Positions 26,401 to 37,500 of a stretch of DNA of 56,522 nt are shown here, in pieces. Origin of the DNA: a virus. Lineage: Duplodnaviria; Caudoviricetes. Below the pieces are notes generated by a model. It did not search any database. It saw only the letters and a list, made by a program, of their open reading frames with translations, and was not told the origin of the DNA. Every line of letters begins with the position of its first letter. Position 1 is the stretch's first letter. The position numbers were made by a program, and so were the translations under genes. The stretch is taken from positions 1-56,522 of IMG/VR virus record IMGVR_UViG_3300032286_000468, one strand, 5' to 3'.

Positions 26401-28347
26401 TGTTCCTTCGTCTCCACCATCAATATAATAAGAAGCACCATACTTATAAATATATTGTGGAGTTCTAACATCTCCAGTGTTGGCAACATTCAACGAGTAT
26501 TTGAATCTAAAATAAGAATCTCTTAAGCAAGGAGCCTCCAAGGAGTTTTCAATTACAAGTGTGTGAATGACTACCCATCGTGCATCACCATTATCTGTTG
26601 GAATGTAGGCATAGAATCTTGCACCAATTGCACCATACCAACCAAATTCAATTTTATACATTGTAACATTTTGTGGTTGGAGCAGATATCCAGAAGGTCC
26701 ATTAGAATTTAATGGGTCGCCATTGAATTTATCTTTTGGAATTTTAATTGTCCAATATGTTTCACTATCAAATGGATCTCCACTTGCAATTCTTGTTTGG
26801 TCAGAAAGTGTCAATCCATTTCTTATCAATACACTAGATTCTAATGGAATTGTACTTCTACGAATAATAGAAAATTGTCCTGCATCAACTTGAAAAATAT
26901 ATTGATCACTATTATTTGCAATTCCCCATTCTAAAGTAATTCCAGTTACTGGTTCTACAGAAGATCTTAATCCAAAAGTAAATCCACTGATTCTACCAGG
27001 TTGATATCTAAATACCCTTCTTGATTGAAGATATGAATATCTTCTGAAATTATCAGCATATCCAGGACGAGTTGATGTTGAATCATAAGAACCACCTAAA
27101 ATAGTGCTAACTGTGGCAAAATTAAAGGCAGATCCATTGGTTGGATCTATCAGAATCCCATCTTTAATATCTCTCCAAGTATCAGTCCAAGTATCAATTT
27201 GAGCAAAAGATTCGGTAATTCCAGCAGAATAAACAACATCACCACCATCCACATAAGAAAATCCGGCAGATAAAAACTTTTCTTTCCAACCACTTGGATA
27301 AGATGATCCAGCACCAGTATCAAAATACTCATATAAATCATTTCCAAGTTGTATGAATAAAAGATAACGATTGAAAAGATCTTCGTTGTAAAGACCCAAT
27401 TTTTCAAATTTTGGCCCAAATGGATATGAATATGGTGTAGGGAATGCAGTTAATTTAATTGCTGATTCTTGAGTTTCTTCCGTAGTTGTTGCTGAATATC
27501 TATTTCCAAACAATGCATTTTTTCTTGTGTCCCAACTTCCAAAACTTGTTCCGTCATTGTATGAATATGTTTCAAAATCATCTGGATCTAAACCATAACT
27601 AGATACGTTTGCAAATAATGCAAGTTGAGTTTCTGCTCTGCTAACACCAAGTAATGTTGTACTAACTTCACTTGTTTCTTTAAATTGTTCTTCAATTTTC
27701 CAAACTGGATCCGATTTTGCTTTAGTAATATTTTTTCTTTGAATTAAAATATCTTTAATTTGAGATAAAGTATTTGTTGTATTATTGGATAATGTTAATC
27801 TATTATTATATGAAACTTGTGCAACATAAGTTCCCTCTGGAATGTCTGGACCAGACACAAAATCCCCAACAGAAACACCAAGTATTGTTGAAATACCAAT
27901 TGAAGTGTCAAAATATAATTTATTTTTTTCCGATCCTTGATCCACTACTGTACCAACTTCTTGATATGGATAATTTCCCAATACCACATAACCAGATTCT
28001 GTCAATACTGTACTAGCAATACTAACAGTTCCACCACCAGATTGTAATACTGTAAATGGTTGAGTTAGATATACATCATAATCCCCATAAGTAGCAGAAC
28101 ATATACCAATTGTTTGATAACTTTGTTTTTGGTATGGACTCTTTGTTCCATCAAATACAATAGAAGAAGATCTTTTTGCTGTTGCATCGGGAAGATAATA
28201 TGTATCAACTTCTGCAATTAGAGGAGTTCCAAACTCATCTGTTAATATTTCACCATTTGCAATATTATAAAGATTTTGTTCTGAATTTGGAACAATGGAA
28301 ACTTGACGTTTATCGTGTCCAAACCTTACATCCTTTCCTCCATTCAT
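23434..28347 (-). CDS. Large virion structural protein, FRYQxG/WYGA paralog B, with inserted LamG and CBM-like domains (1637 aa)
   Basis: SRRVFRYQPGR, MYKIEFGWYGA and YGASYYIDGGD motifs; internal GLVLNLDAGN...IYNRALSATEVAQNYNA..RYG. Confidence 0.65.
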   Translation of the reverse strand: MNGGKDVRFGHDKRQVSIVPNSEQNLYNIANGEILTDEFGTPLIAEVDTYYLPDATAKRSSSIVFDGTKSPYQKQSYQTIGICSATYGDYDVYLTQPFTVLQSGGGTVSIASTVLTESGYVVLGNYPYQEVGTVVDQGSEKNKLYFDTSIGISTILGVSVGDFVSGPDIPEGTYVAQVSYNNRLTLSNNTTNTLSQIKDILIQRKNITKAKSDPVWKIEEQFKETSEVSTTLLGVSRAETQLALFANVSSYGLDPDDFETYSYNDGTSFGSWDTRKNALFGNRYSATTTEETQESAIKLTAFPTPYSYPFGPKFEKLGLYNEDLFNRYLLFIQLGNDLYEYFDTGAGSSYPSGWKEKFLSAGFSYVDGGDVVYSAGITESFAQIDTWTDTWRDIKDGILIDPTNGSAFNFATVSTILGGSYDSTSTRPGYADNFRRYSYLQSRRVFRYQPGRISGFTFGLRSSVEPVTGITLEWGIANNSDQYIFQVDAGQFSIIRRSTIPLESSVLIRNGLTLSDQTRIASGDPFDSETYWTIKIPKDKFNGDPLNSNGPSGYLLQPQNVTMYKIEFGWYGAIGARFYAYIPTDNGDARWVVIHTLVIENSLEAPCLRDSYFRFKYSLNVANTGDVRTPQYIYKYGASYYIDGGDEGTSQIYSTSSKQVGIRTTSSKSLIGIRPKEYLLNREGVQIQNKKIIIPETLNVSTDSLTEVKVVSCKACPGFGHVYTPGVATTENGRYIDAVFDTASSIVSLNDSYFTENDIGAKIIAPSIYNAYITNVTNPIGIGNSYEKAVIKRFAGTSGFSLETKPIAGELVLDRVLGITTTIGIGTTYPHQIRLSNYNATAASEFAFSGSKIEIQFVNPNNQDDYAHWADFLIGVTDKKPNVSLPNTLNGFFIAGISTTVFPNSEILYGEHTHSYAASDENGVETAESWASVQPPLRMGIDYRIPNLSAPAGGVCSKVTVDVLNPLEIKNVNERNYLPSLPGTPSVDAQGRIWIEIAGTFPAIDFNGGQIAIRNTTNVNVGIVGNGLVLNLDAGNYENSRSSVSTNLVNNGSFVNGAGSSNEGDSNPTNTIVQLENPGESPFVLRQNGNNTEYQLNIDSGMIANTTYVMSGWYAKSSDYNGGDTMFHARAFSSSGANTATGTDTGTLIRSITIGSTTWEYRYQTITTPSDFNGAFDWYLGYGTNNTTGYRYYTNLKVETGTFPSLLNMVGDYNHGTLLNGPTYSSANDGSIVFDGTNDYLTSGALPGSFVSFTVITWFYPTSVSDYQNPIDCNYAYNGTTGNIGPRLEMNSSGTLGWVYSNITGDNNQFYAHNVVSNGLAANTWHYTAITYNGGTNTSTTYYNGNPTGISRIINGTPTGFIGGMNNVTIGKGFSLGGAERNFAGRVSNVQIYNRALSATEVAQNYNAVAGRYGLPLVATNVSIPTTETITITNSKFVGVTSSYTNNQGNVFSYIQISQSLGSVGSNFTVLIRPVSVTGTTINKQKLYNYNPWPLYVVAKLKDNAAINNISVKETIGDFQRTISPKWYVSDNCTVTTADRKADPTGAAPTNFQEINRSSSALIDIQNQQELRPYIERDTLYVGANSTESINMRKIFGPDRSIITPDNNNVESTFILAKKIDSGSTGTVEASINFKEQ

Positions 28348-28350
28348 AAA

Positions 28351-31300
28351 TCACTGTTCCTCCCAAGTAAGACTTGTAGACACATCAGCAGCAGGAGTTC
28401 CACTATTGTAAGTAGTTTGTGAAGAAGCACAAAGATATAAACTTTCCACTTTATTTGTTAATGGATATGACAGATATTCTTTATTGTAATCAAAATATGA
28501 TGATAAATCATATTCTTGTCCAGATGCAGGAATAAAAATACTTGTAATTACTGTTCCAGTATTTGGAATAGGACTTCTTGATTGTGGGTTAATTTTAACT
28601 GAAGAAAGTGCGGCAAGAGTAAACTCTGTATTTGCTCCAGAAATAATAGTTCCAACGGGATTGTGATTTTCTTCCTTCAAGAAATTATTTGCAGTTGTGA
28701 GAACTACATTATCAGAAGTAGATTTGAGAGCATAAAAATAATATCCATCTGTTGTTCCTCTATTTTCCAAATATCCTAAAACTGATACTGGTTTTTGTGA
28801 GGCATCATTCTCAAAATATCCTCTCATATATCCATAAACTCCAGTACTTGCAGAAAGATAACTTGTATATGTGACAGAAATTGGTGTTGGTTTTCCTCTT
28901 TTTCCTATATTTACTGGAGAAAGAAGTGCCAATACGCCAGTGGTAGAATAAGTAGTCTGGAATATAGGTGACTTGATTAAATCTAGTTTCAACACACCAG
29001 TTGATCCACTAGACAAACGAGTTGGATATACTTGAGTTCTATTTCTTACCAACTTACCAGTGCTACTTTGAATTGTTTCTCTACACTTAAGACCAATTAA
29101 TGGTGTTGGACGATTTGGAATCACTGTGATTGTTCCTAAACTTGTAGAATTCAATGGAGCATTCAAATAAAGTCTTTGACTTCCCACATTAACAAAAGTG
29201 ATTTCAATATTTTGATCCAATGGACTTGACGTTACAACTTTTGCGCCGACATAGTAAGAAGTAGACATTCCAACTGATCCAATAATATAAGGATCAGTTG
29301 TTGATGTGGCATTCGTTAAATCCACTTGAGTTGATGAAACTCCAACTCCACCACCATTGACTACCGTAAAAGATCTCTTTGAACCATAAACTTCTTGTGA
29401 GACTGGAGTGGAGTAACTATACAGTTTTACAGTTCCTCTATCTCCACCATCAATATAATAAGATGCACCATATTTGATGATATGTTCAGATGAACTTCCG
29501 TAAGAGAAAGATGATTCTTTTCTTAAATTATTTGCATATCCAAAACGATCTGGATTGCCTCCACCATATACAAGATATGTAATTGGAAGAGTTGCATTAC
29601 CCAAAGAAGAAACTTTCAGTTGGTTTGATGCTCTTAAGTGGTGAACACGTACCCAACGTGCTTCACCGTTGCTTACGGGAACATATGCAAGGAATAAAGC
29701 ACCAACAGCACCATACCAAGAGAATTCAATTTTATACATTGTGACCTTTGTGAGGTCAAGATCCCAAATACTATCATCCGTAAGTTCTTCGTTTGTGTCG
29801 GGATCAACGACTGGTTGTCCTGCTCTCTTATCTCCTACTGCATCACTATAAAGAAGTGGATTTCCCAATTCTTCATTTAAATTATCTCCACTAAATCTAG
29901 ATCTTGGAACTCTATATTCATAAACATTCCAATAATCTTTCTTAACATTTTGGTTGACCCATTTATTATAATAAGTATTAACTGCATCAATTTGAGTTTT
30001 TAATGTACTTGCAGATGCACTTGAAAGAGAACTATCGATATATCCTTCTACATTACCATCTCCATCTTCATACATATACGGGAACATTCCCGTTGGTTTT
30101 ACTGTATTATATTTGGTATACGAACCAATCAATGATCCATTGGTGGGTTGAATGAAGGGAACTGGAGTAATTAATACGTGAGAAGAAATTCCTGTTGCTG
30201 CAGTAAATGTAGGTAAACTTCCATCTAAATTAATTAATGTTACTGTGCTAATTCCAGTTAAAGTATTAACACCAACTGTTGCTACTTTATAAACCTTTGT
30301 GTCAGTAAATCCAGTAAGAGCACTTGCATTTGTTCCTTTTGAGTAAGAAACATATTGTCCTTCAGACAATCCAAGAATATATCCACCAGATTTATAAAAT
30401 GTTGGAACTGTCGCAATACCAACATTCAAAGTGAATGTATTTGTGCCTCCAACAGAAAGGACATTATAACCAGAATTTCTTCCTGGATCTGGATAACTAT
30501 TAAATCCAAATTGACAGGTCATACCAATACCAATGATCTTAATATACTTACCTTCTTCAAATCCGTGTGCTTGGTAAGTTGACACTGACATTATGCCAGT
30601 AGTGTTATCATAAACAGCATTACTTACACTTTTGCCTAATCCCGCAAGTGAAACTATATTTCCAGATGTAATAGAAGTAATGGCAACTTGTGATTCATTT
30701 TGAAGTAACGAAGGATCATAAACTCCTGCGTGTGTCATTACTAAATTATCTCTCAAGATAACTAAATCACCGAATTTTTTGGATGGCACTGTTGCAATTC
30801 CAGCACTTTCTGATACTCTTGGGCCAAAAGGATCTAGTGGATTTGTGTTGCCATAATCTTCTGTTTGTTGACTGGGAAAAGTTAATGGATTGCTATAAAT
30901 TACTGCTTGCGATCTTCTTACTACAGAGAAGTTGTCTCCGGTTCCATCGTTTCTGGATTCCCAATAGTATCCATCATAATTATCAAAAATTCCATATTTT
31001 CTAATTGCTGGATTGTGAACATCAACTCCATTATCACCGATTAGAGTAGTTTTTACACCAAAAGTTGCAGCGGAAACACGACCAGGTTGATATCTAAAAA
31101 ATCTTTTTGATGTAAGGATTGCAGTTCTATCCGCAGGACCCTCTACGAGTGCTCCAGATTCTTCTGGAACGTGTGTAAGACCCCAACCCATAGTTTGAGC
31201 AATACCAGTATAAACACCAGCACCAGCAGCGACTAAACTGAACTGTTCTGGCGAAGCAGACCATTCTGATGGGTTTACATCATATGTATTAACGTCAGCA

Positions 31301-31518
31301 AAAATACCAAGAGCAACTTCTGATCTAGGAATTCCAAGAAGAGAAAGAGCAACTTCCGATTGAACTTTATTTTGTTCTGCAACAGGAATTGTTGTCTGAT
31401 CACTTGCAATAACAACAGGAATAGATTTTTCTGATTTCTGTTGACCAGGAGGAACAGGAGCAGTTCTACCTACAACAACAACTGCTGCATTATTATTAAC
31501 GTTTGTATTATCTGGCAT
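28351..31518 (-). CDS. Large virion structural protein, FRYQxG/WYGA paralog C (1055 aa)
   Basis: SKRFFRYQPGR, MYKIEFSWYGA and YGASYYIDGGD motifs; C-terminal SLTWEEQ. Confidence 0.65.
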   Translation of the reverse strand: MPDNTNVNNNAAVVVVGRTAPVPPGQQKSEKSIPVVIASDQTTIPVAEQNKVQSEVALSLLGIPRSEVALGIFADVNTYDVNPSEWSASPEQFSLVAAGAGVYTGIAQTMGWGLTHVPEESGALVEGPADRTAILTSKRFFRYQPGRVSAATFGVKTTLIGDNGVDVHNPAIRKYGIFDNYDGYYWESRNDGTGDNFSVVRRSQAVIYSNPLTFPSQQTEDYGNTNPLDPFGPRVSESAGIATVPSKKFGDLVILRDNLVMTHAGVYDPSLLQNESQVAITSITSGNIVSLAGLGKSVSNAVYDNTTGIMSVSTYQAHGFEEGKYIKIIGIGMTCQFGFNSYPDPGRNSGYNVLSVGGTNTFTLNVGIATVPTFYKSGGYILGLSEGQYVSYSKGTNASALTGFTDTKVYKVATVGVNTLTGISTVTLINLDGSLPTFTAATGISSHVLITPVPFIQPTNGSLIGSYTKYNTVKPTGMFPYMYEDGDGNVEGYIDSSLSSASASTLKTQIDAVNTYYNKWVNQNVKKDYWNVYEYRVPRSRFSGDNLNEELGNPLLYSDAVGDKRAGQPVVDPDTNEELTDDSIWDLDLTKVTMYKIEFSWYGAVGALFLAYVPVSNGEARWVRVHHLRASNQLKVSSLGNATLPITYLVYGGGNPDRFGYANNLRKESSFSYGSSSEHIIKYGASYYIDGGDRGTVKLYSYSTPVSQEVYGSKRSFTVVNGGGVGVSSTQVDLTNATSTTDPYIIGSVGMSTSYYVGAKVVTSSPLDQNIEITFVNVGSQRLYLNAPLNSTSLGTITVIPNRPTPLIGLKCRETIQSSTGKLVRNRTQVYPTRLSSGSTGVLKLDLIKSPIFQTTYSTTGVLALLSPVNIGKRGKPTPISVTYTSYLSASTGVYGYMRGYFENDASQKPVSVLGYLENRGTTDGYYFYALKSTSDNVVLTTANNFLKEENHNPVGTIISGANTEFTLAALSSVKINPQSRSPIPNTGTVITSIFIPASGQEYDLSSYFDYNKEYLSYPLTNKVESLYLCASSQTTYNSGTPAADVSTSLTWEEQ

Positions 31519-31520
31519 TT

Positions 31521-34500
31521 TTAAATAACTCCGACTCTTCCTTTTGCGATAGTAAATGTATTCCTTATAGTTATATATCCAGTCTGCGATCCATTACTTA
31601 CTGAAGTTGTTGTGAATCCAGTCAATCTCAAACGTTTGGTTGACGCACCAGCATTAATCTTCTCCGCAATCGTCAATTCGTAGGATGATAAATCTGGAGA
31701 TACAGAGTGATTTACAAGTTTAATGACATCACCAGTAGAAATGCCAGAGAATTGATTTGGATCTGATAATGTGATTGTATATTGTGTTGAACCAGCACCA
31801 ATAGTATTGAATGTTCCAGTTCCAATTCCAATATAAGTTGTAAATCCTGTTGGAACTGTAATGTATTCTTGTGCGATAATATTATATCCAAGAGCAGATG
31901 AAAGACCCAATGTAGCAGTTTGTGTTGATGTTAGACTCAATTGGATATATCCATTTGCTCTACCATACTCACCACTATTTGGCGTAGTAATATTAAAATT
32001 CAAGAATCTAGTGCCAAGAGTTTCATTTGTTGTTCCTTGTCCAACAACTGTTCCGACACCAGCAGAAACAATAGTAACTTTAGCACTGCTGAGGTCTTTT
32101 GGTGATCCATTTTCTAGATATTGAAGAACTGGACTATTGAAAGTGACGCCTCTATCAATCGTAAGATTGATTGAATTGAAATCGCTATCATAAATGTCTG
32201 GAGATGAAATATACTCATCTGCAGGTCCAAGAATAAGATTGTTTGTTGTTGTGATCTTACTTGAAGCATAAGTTCTCAAACCTGTTCCACAATTACGAAT
32301 AATGTTTCCACCAGTAGCGACAACAGAACTTACTGATAGATCAACAGGTCCAGGATAATTTTCAAAGAGGCAATCATTAACTCTCAATGTATCGGATTCT
32401 TGAGTGTGTAATGGAGTAAATGAATATCTATCACTGATTGATCCATCAACAAATGAACAATTATCTACAGAAACTCTTGATGAATTATAAAGATACAATC
32501 CATGTCCTGGAGAATTACGAATTTCAATATCTTTGAACACAGACGATGTTATATTATCAAAATACATAATGTAATTGTCCAATTCACCATCAAATAGAAT
32601 ATTATTTCCACTATTTCCATCAATTGTTAAATCGTAGATTGAAATATCAGAAGAAGTTACATTTGTTCCAATGCCAAGGACATTGCCATCAAGAGATAAT
32701 GAATTTCCCGCACCATCAGTTTCATCAGTCGCAAAATATTGTGTTTTAATTACAGTATTTTTGCCGTTACCTTTTAGTGTAAATCCTGATGGAATGATGA
32801 GTTTATTTGTTAAATATGTTCCACTTGGTAATTCTAAAGAATATTGTTTATCCGCAACTGCTTGATCAATTGCTGAAGATAATCCGGCAGTATTATCGTG
32901 AACAACTTTAACCTGATTGTCATAATTTCTAGTATATTGTCCAGACAACCTAATAGAACTTGTTCCTATTGAAACAATTGTATCGAGTGCCCATCCTCTT
33001 CTTTGACCAGTTGTAGCAATATTTGGGAAGTGAATTTGATCGGAATCATATTCATTTACTGTTCCTTTTGTGGACCATTCAGTTTGATCAAATGTTCCAT
33101 AATCAATCCAAGTAATTCCGGATGTATTGGATCCAAGTTCTTTTGGTCCAAGAATACCAATAAGTTTAGCATCATTGATATTAGTTGAAACTCCAATTTG
33201 GCGATAAACAAGAAGACCGTGATTTGTATCAGATCTAGCAAGAGTTAGAGAAATGTTATCAGTATCATTGAAATTGGCAATCGCTGTCATTCCAATTCCA
33301 GCAAATGGTGAAATTTGAGAAGAAACGCCAACTTTTCCATTTCTTAAATGATATTGTGCCACCCAATAACGATATGTGCTAATTATTGTAGATATTCCAA
33401 CTTTAACTGCACTGATTGATCCAACAACAGGAGCAGCAACAGTTGTAGAATCACTAAACGCATTTACGCCAAATACTTTTACTTTTTCTCCAACATAAAA
33501 TTTTGAAGTAGAAATTCCACTAATCTGTATAGTATTGCTTACAGTTGATCCAACACCAGCATAAACTGTTCCATCATTGCTAATTTTAAAATTACGGAGT
33601 TTATATTTCAATAAATCGTCATAATCAATAAGTTCATATCCAGATGCATCATCCTTAACTTTAAGAACTCTATTTGCTGCAAAAGTCCCTTCGCCAGTTG
33701 TTGGTAAATCTGATAATTGGAAATTTTCAAATCCATTTGCTCTAATTTTACCATTTACATCAAGTTCAAAATTGGGAATTGCAGTCTTAATACCAACATA
33801 TTGACTCAATTCGTTTACAATTAATGATGGATTTGAATCTGGTCCAATCTGGAATGATGGATCTTGAATACTATTTCCTTTGAGTTGAATCTTGAGTGCC
33901 TCAATACCTTGTGATGCAGTTGAAGTAATCTTATTAGTAAAGTTTACTGGACCTCTAAATTCACTAGGAAGTAAACGATTTGATCCACCACCAACACGAA
34001 GAGTGTTACGAATATAAACATCATCATAAGTTGCAGTTGAATCGGATGGTGTTTCGCCAATAAATGTTTCTTTTGCAGTTAATCTATCCCCAGTAAAGAA
34101 ATCACCACGATCATTCATACCAGAGAAGAATACAACTCCTCCCTTTTCTTCTTTTGAAATTGCCAAACGTTCTTCTTCGTCTGTAATTGATCTCTTCTGC
34201 CTTTGTGGAAAAGCAGTTGAATAGTTTCCTGGACCATAACCAAGATATTCAAAAGTATGACCAGAAGCACGAATACTTGTAAATCTACGAGTTTCTGATG
34301 GGATTACAGAAATTTTTCTAACAACAGATCCGGAATCGTGTGGAGCAGATTTAGTTCCAAGAACACCTCTAAACACAGAAACTTGAGTGGAGTTATTTAC
34401 TGAAGTAATTCTTAAAATTTCATTATCTATTTGAATAAAGTTTCCTTTTTCCAATCCAGTTGTAAGTGCGAAATCTAATGTTGTTGATGTAATTGTGATG

Positions 34501-37500
34501 CTTGCAGATGTTGTAGTTGTATAACCAAGATTCATACTTATCAAACTTCCAGAAATTTTTTCACTCTGAAGTGAGGTGTCTTCTCCATATGAAGTAATAC
34601 CATACTTATAAACTTCTGCAGATCCAGCAGCAGTTCCAACTCCAACTGGTGCTAATATTGTAAATTCAGTTAAACTAACTTTCTCTTTAACAAAAAAGTC
34701 TGAATTAAAAATAGTTGAAGCAGTTCCAGTAACTCCCGTAACTTTAATTTTATTACCAACAGACAAACCATGAGCACGAGATGTTGTTATTGTTACTATT
34801 CCTGCTGTAGTTGCATTTGAAACACCAGCAATGGTTGAAATTGGAAGAGATTTATCTACAACATAGAGAATACCATTTGATGTTGTATAAATTCCAGGAT
34901 TAGTACCTACGTTATAAGTAATTGATTTTGAACTATTGATTGCAGAAATTTTATAAAGACCATTATATCCTCCATTGTTACGATTTTCAGTAGTTCCAAC
35001 ACCAATGATTTGGATTACATCTCCAATATTATTGTTTATTGATGAAACAGTTACAGAACCTCCACCAGAACCAATACTCATTGTATTTCCAACACCATAT
35101 GCAGATCCACCATCTACAATAGACACAGCAGTAATTGTTCCTGCAGCACTTACAGTCACATTTGCAGTAGCACCATTACCAGTAATTCCTACACCAACAA
35201 GAGGAACATTATACAATGTACTAGAAATACCAGCACCATATCCAGATCCAGGTAATAAGATACTTAAACCAGTAATGGTATTTAAATTGTGATCTGTTGA
35301 AGTGAATACAGTAGAAAGTCCAGAAGATATTGATATTGCATTAGTTACTGCTAATCCAACTCTATTATCTTTCAAATAATTGATAATACTTTCTTTTGTG
35401 ATGCTATTCTGTGGATTATTTACAATAACTTTACCAATTAATTTATTTGATGCCCCAGTCAAACTTTGTAATGGATCAGTAACTAAATTATCTTTATCTA
35501 CAACTGGATACAAATCAGTTATATTTTGTTTAAATTTTTGAGATGAAAATTCTGGAGCAGTAGGAGAAATATTTCCAATCAAACAAGTCAAATAATAAAT
35601 ACCATCTTGCAATCCAGAAGAATATTCTTGAACTGTTTCTACGTTTTCAATTGTATATGTAGTATCATATTCATTTCTAGAGAATACTGGAAGATTGTCT
35701 CCTCTAGTTGAAACATTGTTTACAAATGTTCCACCATTATATGTGTTAGTAAATGTAAATGTTTTTGGTGATGGAACAGAAGTTACAACAAAATAACCAT
35801 TAAATCCAGCATTATCTGTTGCAGTTGAATTTGTGCTACTTACGACTTTTCTAATTCTTACTCTATCGCTGACGCTCAATCTATGTGGTCTTTCTGATGT
35901 AACGGTAACAGTTGAACCAACAGTTGAAATTCCGGCAATTACGTGAGAGTTGCGGTTGGAATTTATAGTTGCAATTGTAGAATCTTCTTTTACTGTCTTT
36001 GATTCTTGAAGAACATAATTTTGTGTAGGAATTTTTGCATCTGTGTATTCTTTGGGAATAACATATCTCAACTTATAAATTCTATCCGTTAGATCACGAT
36101 TTTCAGATTTTCTTTGAATAAAAGTGGAAGAATTATTTGCTGCAATTGTAGTTGGATTATTCTTAAATCCTTGATATATTTGATTTGTTGTTGTAGTTCC
36201 ACTACCAATGATATACCAATTTTTATTAGTAGAATCAAATTGAATTGGGTGCCCTGGATCTCCAGAAAGTTTATCAGAAACTCTACTTACAATACTTAAA
36301 ATTCCCCCATTTGTATTTTTAATATTTACAGGAATATTGTCATTTGCATTATTAATAGTTTTTGCAAGTTTGATGGTATTTGGAGTATTTGTAACAACAT
36401 AATACAATGCTCCATTTTCTAATCCATCAGGAACAATCGCATTATCACTGAATACTCTTACTGATTCACCATTATAAAAATTATGACTTGCATTTAAAGT
36501 TAATATATTACTACTAATGTTATTAACACCTAATGTTTGAGTTACAGTAAATGTTTTTTGTGCTACTGGTCCTTGTCCAGTTGGAACTTGCATCAAAATT
36601 GGAGAAGAATATGTGGAATCTACTCCATTGACATTTACAGTAATATAAAGTTTTTCATCAATATTAGAACCAACTCTATATCCATTCGTGATATTTGATG
36701 GTGGATTATTAATATCGGTTTCACCCAAAAGATAAAGTCTAGATGTTTGACCAACACCAGTATACGATGTAGTAAGCCCAACATCAAGTAATTTCCAAAG
36801 AGCATTAAAAGAATCTTCTTGGAGATCTTTTGGTGGAACAATATGAGTCACATAACCAGTATCATCACGATCAAAAGATTCTTTTCTGAATCCTTTTGAA
36901 ATTAATGACTTGGATCCAAAGTTAGAGTTCGAGTTGGTGATTGATTGGTCAGCGCCATCCTCTGCCAAAAAGTGCTGAGCAAATCCAATTGCAAAAACAG
37001 AGACATCTTGAATAAATGCATCATTTGATGCCTTGATGTGATAATTTTCGTATGCTGGTTTATAGATTGCTTCCTGGTTAATATATAAAGGTCTTTTATC
37101 CAAAGAAGTGGTTGAGTTTGTATCATAAAGACCTGTGGATTCATTATAAATTACAAAAGCATTGGCGTCTTTTTGTAATCCAATTCCAGTAAATTGCGCG
37201 ACAACCATAGACTTAAAACCAGTTGCCTTTGATCCATCTGCGTGAAGACCACACATTCCAAAAGAGGATCTCAATGAACAGTTGAAGATATATGGAGATG
37301 CTCCATCCACATTATCTGGTTCGATAATGACTTTTTCATTACTTGAAATTGTAATTACAGTGTCAATTGCTGCAGATGGTAGTTGATATGTGAAGTTTCT
37401 TTCACTAGTAACACCAACTACTTTGAAACTACCATTATAAAGTGCTGAACCAACACCAGCAATACGAATAGAATCATCAACACTCAATCCGTGAGATAAT

